Of a stretch of 64,000 nucleotides of DNA, positions 49,210-60,800 are shown in pieces. The stretch is from Ostrea edulis (lineage: Eukaryota), in the NCBI RefSeq assembly GCF_947568905.1, contig NC_079164.1, positions 106,950,001 through 107,014,000 of the forward strand, given 5' to 3'. The notes under the pieces were generated by a model. It worked only from the letters and a program-made list of their open reading frames with translations, was not told where the DNA came from and searched no databases. Position numbers and translations under genes: made by a program. Within the stretch, counting starts at the first letter, position 1. The number at the start of each line of letters is the position of its first letter.

Positions 49210-52200
49210 CTATCAATAGAAAATTCACTTGATTATTCATGATTTTTTAAAAGATATACCTGGTCATAATCAATGGCACTTGTACACTGCAATACATGTG
49301 AATTCCAAGGTTATTTGAGCCACGACAAGAGATGTTTGTAAAACACATACCCCCCCCCCCCCCCCCCACCATGGTGCAAAATTGAAAAGGGTTATACACA
49401 CACATCATTTAATTGATAGTAGTATATCAATATATAAATATTGCATGTATTTGAGGGTAACATTGAAAATTTTCACCCCGAGAAAACCATTGTCAACCGA
49501 GGTGTAGCCGAGGTTGACAATGGTTTCTCAAGGGGTGAAAATTTCAATGTTACCCTCAACTGCATGCAATATTTGTTTTATTATACTGAATGTTATGTAA
49601 ACTGGAAAGCAGAAAAACTTACGTCTGTTTACATTTGATCAATCACTGTCGTGCGATATTTCGTATATCGATGCGGGTACTCGCGTTTATTACAAACGCT
49701 CAAACGACGTCGTCTAGCAATCTACGGCGAACCGTACGCGCATAAATTTGACGCATGTGATAATTTTTTATAATATCACCCGTTGTCAAGTACTGTTACC
49801 CGTTGCTAGATACTATCACCCTGGGTCGCGTGTTTTCTGTTCTCAGAGGGTAACAATATGTATTTTCAAATGTTTCTCGACCAATCAGATTCGAGTATTT
49901 TACATGAAAGTATAATAATTCAAAATATTGAGCAGACAATATCTTCCTATGCCAAGAGTGGATTGACCATGTGACCTAAAAATCAATAGGGGTCATCTAC
50001 TCCTTATGCTGTACCAGTGTACCAAGTTTGGAGAGTATCAAGCAAATAATTCTTAAAATATAGAAGACAATATATTACTATGTCCAATTCAACCATTGAC
50101 CTCAAAATCAATATGGGTCATCTCCTGAAGATGTACCAGTGTACTAAGTTTGATGTCTGTCAAGCAAAAGGGTTATCAAAATATTGAGTGGACAGTATAT
50201 TATTATGTCCAGTTTGACCCTTGACCATATGACCTCAAAATCAATAGGAGTCATCTTCTCCTGAATATACACCAGTGTACTAATGCCTCGTTCACACGAA
50301 GAATTTAATTCACATTAAACGTAAGTTAATGCGAATTAAATCTGAACCGCGCTCACACGGTAATTTTAATGCGCATTAGTTTACTTCGAATTAAAATTTA
50401 TGTAGCTCTGTGTGAACGCAAAGCGAAGCTAATTTGCATTAAATGTACATGCATGCGTAATGGCAAATTTGGGTCACATGCATCATACCCGTGGTCAGCT
50501 ATATATATTAGTTTTAGTTTTATGCGAAAAACTAATCAAAATGATAATAATCAATAAAAAAAAATGTACAAACAGTATGTCATTGGATAATGTCAGACGT
50601 AAATCTGTGTTCTGCATAGCATACTGAGCAATACACATGGAAGGAATTGCATTTAAATACGACAAAAATGTTTTAAATAAGTGATAATATGATTTTCTCT
50701 TTTACGTTTTAACAAATATGCTGCTCATTGTTATTTATTTTTTTTTTTTTATATAATATGACGTCATAGTAGACTTATGATACGTATCAGTAATTAAAAA
50801 TTACGTCACAACAGTAGTCAGCAATAATATATATAGGCCTAGTGTTTTGAACAATGAATTCTGTATCAACACATAATTCATTAAAATATCTATAAAATAA
50901 TTTTCAATAATATAGTCTATCCTTTAATTTAGACATGCATACGAATTTAATGCGCATTAGTTTCCCTCGCATTAAATATTACGGCCGTGTGAATGTTATC
51001 TAATTCGAATTAATTTAATGCGCATTATTTTACTTCGCATCAAATTTAATGCGAAGTAAAATTCAATGCGCATTCGTGTGAACGAGGCATAAGTTTAATG
51101 TCTGTCAAGCAAAGGGTTCTCAAGATATTGAGCAGACAGTATATTCCAATGTCCAGGTTGACTCTTGACCTTTAAACATGTGACCTCAAAAGCAATAGGC
51201 ATCATCTCCTGAAGATGTACCAGTGCAGTACGGCTGGGACGATTCAGGGTTAGCTCGATTCGGTTCGGTTTCGATTCAGATCAGAACGGTTCGGTTATTT
51301 TCGATTCGGGTCATGTTAGGTCCAATTTATCTAATGACAGCACAAAAATTAACAATTTTAATGAGTAGCATATTTGATTTGATTTTATTCAAGTTATATA
51401 ACTATGCCGTCATTTGTAAACATCATATCTATCTATAATGGCATTTTATAACTTTGATAGAAAAAAGAAAACACTGACAGTCTATTAAAATTTGTTATAT
51501 TAATGTGCTGCATAAGTTTTGGAATATTAAACAAATCTATAGTGAATCAAAAATGAATATGATATTGTTTTCATTGATATGTAAAAATTCAACAATTCTG
51601 TCAATTGAGAGTCTGAAAATTTCTCCTTTATTGATTTACTTCTCTCATCTTAACTGTCAAATCTGTGTCATTACCTATGATGTTGATTTACTCCACCATT
51701 GACAGAAATGCTATATGTCATGTAAAGATATTCTGTTGGTATCTGAGTGGCAAAAAATGCCAACTCTCAACACAGTAGTGATTTAAATCTCTGTTGCATA
51801 AAAAAACACGTTCTGCACAACACTCGGACGCCATGTTAGTTGTTTTGGTGTATGTAAAATCAAAACCGAACCAAACCGAAAACTGGAATTTGTAATCGGT
51901 GCATCGAATCGAATGGTATGAATCGCGATGCATCAAAATTTCCGGTGCACCGCATAGTCCTACAATATACCAAGTTTGATGTCTGTTAAGCAAAGGGTTC
52001 TCAAGATATTGAACAGACAGTATATTCCTATGTCCAGTTTGACCTTGACCTTTGACCATGTGACCTCAAAATCAATAGGGGTCATCTTCTCCTGAAGACG
52101 TACCAGTGTACCAAGTTTGATGTCTGTCAAGAAAAGGGTTCTCAAGATATTTAGCGGAGAGTATATTCCTATGTCCAGTGTGATCCTTGACCTTTGACCA

Positions 52201-55200
52201 TGTGACCTCAAAATCATTAGGAGTCATCTTCTACTGAAGATATACCAGTGTACCAAGTTTGATGTCTGTTAAGCGAAGGGTTCTCAAGATATTGAATGGA
52301 CAGTATATTCCAATGTCCAGTTTGACCGTTGACCATGTGACCTCAAAATCAATAGGAGTCATCTTCTACTGAAGATATACCAGTGTACCAAGTTTGATGT
52401 CTGTTAAGCGAAGGGTTCTCAAGATATTGAATGGACAGTATATTCCTATGTCCAGAGTAGATTGACCCTTGACCTTTGACCTTTTGAACTGAAAAACAAT
52501 AGGGGTCCTCTTCTACTCATAACCAACCCACATATGAAATATCATAATCATCAAGTGAATGGTTCTCAAGATATTGAGCGGACAACATGTGGTCGACCAA
52601 CCGACAGATGCAAACCAATATGCCCCTCTTCTTTGAAGGGAGGCATAATTAAGTATACCTAAAAATTCAAAAATAGTATCACAGAAAGCGTATACAGTGC
52701 CCCCCTCCCCCATTATAAAAAATGGCCAAAAGATGTACCGCCACAAACATCTGCTGTTTAAGATTTAGTAGTATTTAGTGTTGAGCCCCATTATCCTTTA
52801 AGGGTCCTCTAGATATCAATTTAAGTTTACAGTTGGTCTACTAAATAGAAGTCCATTTTCTGAAAACAAGTATGTCTTTCTTTACACTTTCATGGTATAT
52901 TTTCCTTCATAGAGTGCACATAATATATTAGCACAGACATCTGATTGTACGACGACCCTTGACCTTTGACCATGTGACCTCAAAATCAATAGGGATCATC
53001 TTCTCCTGAAGATGTACCAGTGTACCAAGTTTGATGTCTATCAAGCAAAGGGTTCTCAAGATATTGAGTGGACTGTATATTCCTATGTCCAGTTTCACCC
53101 TTGACCTTTGATCATGTGACCTAAAAATCAATAGGGGTAATCTTCTCCTAAAGATGTATCAGTGTATCGAGTTTGATGTCTGTCAAGCAAAGGGTTCTCA
53201 AGATATTGAGCAGACAGTATAATTCTATGTCCAGTTAGACCCTTCACCTTTGACCATGTGACCTCAAAATCACTTGGGGTCATCTACTCCTTAGGATGTA
53301 CTAGTGTACCAAGTTTGATGTCTGTCAAGCAAAGGGTTCTCAAGATATTGAGCGGACAGTGTCTTCCTGTGTCCAGAGTGGATTGAATTTTTAACCTTTT
53401 GACCTGAAAATCAATAGGGGTTCTCTTCTACTCGTAACCAACCCATATATGTAATATCATTACGATGAAGTCAATGGTTCTCAAGATATTGAGCGGACAA
53501 CATGTGGTCTACCGACCGATCGACAAGTGCAAAGCAATATGCTCCTTTCTTTAAAGGGGGGCATAAATATGAGAGCCCAATCACTCACCATTCAAAAGTT
53601 ATGAGCAAAGTTCAAGCTTCAGACAAAGTGGACAAAAACAATATGCCCCCCACCCCCCTGACTTAAGTCACAGGGCATAAATAAATTTAATCATCATAAC
53701 TTGGAACCATTTGCATGATTTAGTATGGTCCTGCTATTCTTTGAAAAAAGAATTTGTTTTAATTTCCTGTATATTCCAACATCATACTTCAATCTCCTAT
53801 TATGACCCACAGCACCTTACCTCTGGGGCTCCTAAATTGAACAAATTTAAACTATAGATTGTTTTTATGAAAAACAGTTGTCTCCCCAGCTTCCCAAATT
53901 GGAAGTGCTCCAAATGAAACCTCCTCCCTTTAATGTACTGCATGGTATGGAGGAGAAAGCATGAGCAGGAACATAGACAATATGAACTTCAATAAGCCAC
54001 ATAGGAGAAATGTGCACAAACTATTTTACACCCTCCACCCCTCAGATGCAATATAACTTTAAGGACAACAATTGGATCCTCCTGTCCCTGCGAAATGCAC
54101 ATCTGTAAATGGCATTGAAGTATCATACAAAGTTTCAAATCTTATCGGATAAGCTATATAGGAGAAGAAGCGTTCACAAGCTATTTTAACATCCTCCACC
54201 CCCCTCAGATTCACTTTAACTTAGGAAAATAATTAGATCTTCCTGTCCCGAAAATATGCACATCTACAAATGGCAATGAAGCATTGTACAAAGAAGAAGA
54301 CGAAAATGTGAAAAGTTTACAACGCCGACAACGCCAACAGACAAATTTTGATCAGAAAAGCTCACTTGAACCTTTGGCTCAGGTGAGCTAAATAGTCTGG
54401 AAAACTGATAGTTCATGCTATTTATCTAAGTCCCAGGGCTATAAAGAAGTGAATAATCAACGGACCGCGACCAAATTCAAACTTGAACTGTAACTTGTTA
54501 TGGCAAAGCAATGTACCAAATATCAAATATCTGCAAGAACAGAGATAAAAGTGCGAAAAACTGAACTGGCGGATGGAGCACACACCTAAAGTCGCCATTG
54601 TCGGTAGGGAACTAATAATTTAAAGGTTCGTAACTTTCTACATTAAAGTCCTCCAGAAAAATTTGCCTGTTGCATTAATATACATGTATATGTACGTGTT
54701 TTTTAACCTTGTTAAGACAGACATCTGGGAACAGTTTACACAGGTATGATGCCTCTGTTGGCTTTTGCTTGGATAGAGGATTATCTGCCAACTTCAACAA
54801 TTCCTTACGACTGTACACTATTGGATCCACCTCCTCCAAGTCATCAGAATCTACAATATCCCTCCACAGAGCTAGAAACCAGACAAAATTTGTAAAGCTC
54901 GTCATGGTATAAATAACATTTCAACAGATCAATGAGAGGCCCATGAGCCTAATAGTCACATGAGTGTGCACATTGTTTACTCTTTAGACTGGCTACCTAC
55001 CATGGCTACACCAAGAAACAAAATCATTTGAAGTTGCGAGTTTTCAGGTCCCTTGGGGCTTTAATGAATGCTTAAAGGTGTGTTAGGCACTAGTGGAAAA
55101 TATGTTAAAAAGACCTGAACAAGACACATTTTTTTCTGCATGATAAATCTAAGGTTTTTATAAGGGGTGGATTTGTAGCTCTCTGGTATGTCCCAATATT

Positions 55201-57196
55201 TTCCCAGAGAGCTACAGATCTGCAGCTAACTTAACCCTACTCTGGGGTCATAAATTTCAGTTTTGGTATACGGATCATTGCTCTTATAATGACTGCTTGA
55301 TGTCCAAAAGTAAAGAATAAAATTTATAAGATATAATGCATTTTCAACCAACTCAGCTCCACCCTAGGGCCTGAACATTGAGGTCATAAATTTCACAGTT
55401 TGGGTATAGGGGTCATATCTCATTACAATCATTACAACAGTTTGACTGATTGATGTCCAGAAGTAAAGACAATTTCAAAGATACAATGCATTTTCTCTGT
55501 CCAACTTGGCCTGAACCCCCTAAACCCAGGGGTCATGAAATCCACAATTTTAGTAAAGGGTTCATTGCTAACTGCAATGCAGATAGTTTGACTGCTTGAT
55601 GTCCATGAGTAAAGAAGAAGACTTTTGAATTTGATAGTTTTAGTAACACCCCTCAGGCCCCCTGGAGGCATGGTCCATGGAATTTACAATTTTGTTTCCC
55701 TTAACCCAGATATTAAACACTAAAATTGGTTGAAATTCGTTTAGCTGACCCAGAGAAGCTGAAAACATTTTTAAAAATCCCAACCGATGTACAATAACTA
55801 ACAAAAACAGTCATAATAGGTCACCTGAGTGATTCAGGTAACCTAAAAAGCAATCTTTTTTTTCAAACTTTAAGCAGAATAGTAGATATAGAATTTAAGA
55901 AAAATATAATGATTATAAGAAAGTTTTCACCCTGTTTCTGATGTGAATACAGTGCTCACCTAATTCCTCAATACACACAGCGGTATTATACTTCTTGAAC
56001 ATCCTTCTTCTTCCAGAGGCCGAGTAAATACTTTTGGGGAGACCCTTCTCCACATCAGCTATAAGTGAAGGATCACTTCCAGGTCCTAAAGGATTTCTCT
56101 CCACTACAATCTAAAAATTCAAAGCACGTAAAAGATTCATCTTTTGGGCAGTTAAACCATCATTGTAGAATATTCTGTAAAGGAACAGATATCATCTTCA
56201 CTGTTTCTTATTAGATATGAATCCCCCCCCCCTTTAAAAATTGCAAAGAAACATATTAAACTTGAACTTTCGATTACATGTGTATTTTTAAAATATCAAT
56301 ACAAGTTAACAATTTTTTTTAAACATAAACAGTGTCCCTTGTTTAAACAGAAAACTTCACATTACCTTTGCATTTCCACCTTCAAAATGCACTTTGTGAA
56401 TAAGATGTTTTGGTCGCTGGTGAACAACAGTTGAGTTGTCACTGCCATCTTCCCCAGACACCGTGGAAATTCTGCCTGGGATTCCAAACCCATGACAAAC
56501 AGAAGGTTTCCTCCAGGAATCCTGATCAGCACCATTTAAAGTAGGAAACAGTCTACTTTCATTTGTCCTTCGGCTGAATTTCTCATCTTGTCCCCTTGTC
56601 CATTTATCTGTCCTATCATTAATCACTCCAAACCCTGTCCTTGTGTGATATCTTTTCATTTCATTGTCTTTGAGTTTGGTGAATTCTGTACTTATGCCTT
56701 GACAGATCTCGCTGATCTTATTCTGTTGTCTTACTGTCTCACTCCGGTGCGATTCTGTACTTATGCCTTGACAGATCTCGCTGATCTTATTCTGTTGTCT
56801 TACTGTCTCACTCCAGTGCGATTCTGTGGAATACAGCGACTGATTGTCTTCCTTTGGTGTAGGTTGTCCAAAATGTTTGGACAGAAATTCATGGCTATCC
56901 TGGAAAATGGAACTACATTGCATATAACTTCATAATGTTTTTTTCAATTTACTCAGATTTAAGACACTTTACTGTAAACTACAATTATTTTCTTGTTAAG
57001 GTGTGGTAATCCACCTTGGTTTTGCACATTAAATATCAACTACACAAGACTAAAACATGGCAATTTTGAAAAGATCACCTTAGCATTTAAAACAATAAAC
57101 ATGCTGTGCTATGCCTTTGTACCAATACCCTATGTGGGGTCCATTGCACATTTGAACTCCATACCTAAGATATTGAATCTATCTAATTAATTTATT

Positions 57197-57240
<44 letters not shown>

Positions 57241-57431
57241 CTTCCGAAGATGGCCAAGGTCACAAGGGCAAATATTTTGGTACCAGTAGAAAGATCTTGT
57301 CAAAAGAAATGCTCATGTACAATATGAAAACTCTAATATTTACCATTTAGAAGTTATGACCAATGTAAAAAAAAAATTAAGAGGTCAAATGTCAAGGTCA
57401 AAAGGTTCAATACCAACGGAAAGATCTTGTA

Positions 57432-57465
<34 letters not shown>

Positions 57466-57471
57466 TCTCTT

Positions 57472-57539
<68 letters not shown>

Positions 57540-57652
57540 GGGGTCAAAAATGTTGGTACCCACGGAAAGGTCTTGTCACAAGGAATACCCATGAGAAATA
57601 TCAAAGCTCTATCTCTTACTGTTCAAAAGTTATTAGAAAGGTTAAAGTTTTC

Positions 57653-57685
<33 letters not shown>

Positions 57686-57763
57686 GGGGTCAAAATTGTT
57701 GGTACACACGGAAAGGTCTTGTCACAAGGAATAATCATGTGAAATATCAAAGCTCTATCACTT

Positions 57764-57800
<37 letters not shown>

Positions 57801-60800
57801 CAGAATGACAGAATTACAAAATGACAGAATGACAGACAGGATAAAAACAATATGCCCCCAGATCTTCTATCTCGGGGGCATAAAAAGTAATGGGTTATGC
57901 AGAAATTCTGCAACATCAATCAATATCATAAATCTTTACACTGTAGGGTGTATATATACGTGTGTGTGTGTGTATGTGTATGTGTGTGTGTATATATATA
58001 TATATATATACATGTATTATTAAAAATAATATCTATAGATCGAAAATATTTTCACTATCAATGGATATACCCAGCCCTGAATCTCCAACCCAGGGGGCCA
58101 AGAATTTGATACAGACCTCTCCAAACTCAAAACATTTATGCATCCAGTTTATTTGCAAGACATTCAAGAGAAAAGAAATAAAAAACTGGCTTGAAATTCA
58201 ATCTCTAAATGTTCTTGATCTCTCAAAGTATCCCCATCCTAATTTCTTCCTCTATACAAGTAAGCAAATTCTTCTTTCTCTCATTCTCAAAAGTCCTGCT
58301 ATACATAATCTCTTAAAATTTACTCAAGTATGTATTTGTTACCTGGAGATGATATTTGTTTACACCAGCTTATGACTGAATTGGCACTGCATAGACCATA
58401 CCCCTGGGATTACCATTGCTTTGAAAAGGTAAGCTTAGTAGGGCTTCATAAGCAATGCTTCCTCAACAGGTACCCCAACCTGGGGATTAATTGGCATGTC
58501 AAATGATAAGCTGCAATTATCAATCCACCAAAGCAAATTTTACATCACTTTGTGTGCAAGTCTCAAGCTTTACAGGCCTGCATGGGTAATGAATTATCAC
58601 TTTTTTTCGTAATTTTCATTTAAAAACACAGAATAACCCTCCCAAAAATTTAGAAATTTTTTGTAAAATCGTGATGTTTTGGATGAACAAACTAGTTAGA
58701 AGCCACAAAAATATTCCTGCCATACACTGGTAATCTGCTCATACAAGAACATTATAGCCATTATCATAAATACCAATGTTTACTCAACAATTCGTGTAAT
58801 TAAAAGGTTTGCAAATCAATGAATGATCTGCGAAGATTCACGCCTGCATCCTAAAAGCAAAGCATCTGGTTTTATGCCTGCATACAAATCGCAGAATTTC
58901 AAACATGTACCTTACAGACAAAATGGGATTTCTTGAATCTGTGGAATTTTGACCCCACAGAAATAAGTACATCTATAGTAAACCCACTTCATATCTACTA
59001 TATCTAATGGCTCTTGAGAAGTTGAAAAAGTTGAATGTGAAAAGGTTACAGATAATAGAGCCACCAGAGTCAGAATCAGAAAAACTCACACAAGTGTTGG
59101 ATTCAGGTAAGCTAAGAAGAAATCTAAACCAAAATTTTCTATACCTTCCCCAACTCTATCTCTTGAGTTTGGTTTGACAGCACACTGGTTGCTTTTGTCC
59201 CTAAATCATCTGGAAAGCAACAAAACATATTTATATAACATTCCACTACTCTATCAAAGTCTAAATTCACCATTCTGTAATGAAAAGTCTTACCTTGTTC
59301 TAAATTTTCAACATGTTGTGTCTTCCTGCAATTAACAAAACAGTATACACATTTCACACCACTGAAAAAAGGTATTGTATACAATTTTTTAATTTCAAGC
59401 TTAAGAGTACATTTTGATACATTACTACAATTTCATACACTTCTGCTGTACTGCAGTATACTTGCTTTGAAGACTAAAATTAAACAAAGAATATGCATTG
59501 CCTGTGGGTAATAATGACTCCAGACAGACAGACAGACAGACATACCCTGGACAAAGTTATTCCTGTGCATCCTCCATGCTATTCTGACAACACATGATGT
59601 ACCTAATATTTTTCAGCAATAATATCTCTGTGTCAATGTATAAGATTGCATGACAAAAAGCTTTCTAGACCAAAGTATACCCAACAAAAACTACTCACAA
59701 ATTCTCATAAAGGTCCTGAATAAACGAATCCTCACTGTTCCAGAGGACGGTATCATCCAGGTCCCCATACCCGGAGTCAACACTCTATAAAATAATCAAT
59801 TTCATATGTCTGCAATAAAGCCCCCCTGTTTTTCTCTCATATGACAAGGTAATCTTGGTGAACTATTAATTGTAACAATATCTTGGTGAACTATGTTAAA
59901 AAGTGCATGTACTTACAATTGCTCGACAAACTTCCTTTTCCTTAGTTTGACCTCCATTTTCCAGCATCCTAGTTGCATCAGACACTGTTTCATTCCTTCG
60001 ATCATCCTGCTATAAAAATCTTAGTTAGAAACACAATGACCAGTTGTTTCTCACAATTTGGATACTTTGCTGATCTTTTCTGTATATTTATAATGAAAGG
60101 TTTCACTTTAACATTCATACATCATGTAAAGGAAATTCTTCAGGTATTGTAGCCCATACTCTCTTCCTTATTTCCAATATCTGCTCTACTGCTTTCTTCA
60201 ACAATAAAGTAAAACAAGATACTGTTAAGCTTCACACTGTGGGAAAGTCCCATTATTGCAAATCTGATATTAACATCTGACCTTTGGCCCCTCTATTTTC
60301 ATTTTGTTGCTGTGGCAATATTGCCTCATATCATTTGAAATTCAAATTCTTTACACATCTGATTGTGTTAGATATTTTGTCATCAATTCTGTCTCCATAA
60401 ATGAGTACTGAATGATAGGAACACCTAATTACTTCACGGTAGCACTTTATCTGACATAATGATAGGAACACCTAATTACTTCACGGTAGCACTGTATCTG
60501 ACATAATTTTGATGAACACCTAATTACTTCACGGTAGCACTGTATCTGACATAATGATAGGAACACCTAATTACTTCACGGTAGCACTGTATCTGACATA
60601 ATGATAGGAACACCTAATTACTTCACGGTAGCACTGTATCTGACATAATGATAGGAACACCTAATTACTTCACGGTAGCACTGTATCTGACATAATGATA
60701 GGAACACCTAATTACTTCACGGTAGCACTGTATCTGACATAATGATAGGAACACCTAATTACTTCACGGTAGCACTGTATCTGACATAATGATAGGAACA

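Larger units (their letters stand above)
49325..52648 (+). mobile_element. Large HINE-like element (~140-bp monomers) with three nested insertions
   Basis: acaagagatgtttgtaaaacac start; gtaccaagtttgatgtctgtcaagcaaagggttctcaagatattgag monomers; 3' hairpin tatgcccctc..gaagggaggcata. Confidence 0.78.

Noticed and set aside
51718-53131. ORFs 51718..52059, 51960..52217 and 52928..53131
   Set aside because: Translations of HINE satellite monomers and MITE ends, not genes.
57962-58428. Plus-strand ORF 57962..58375 and AAG|GTAAGC donor at 58428 as a nested gene
   Set aside because: The ORF starts in a microsatellite, has no recognisable domain, and no consistent splice chain could be built.
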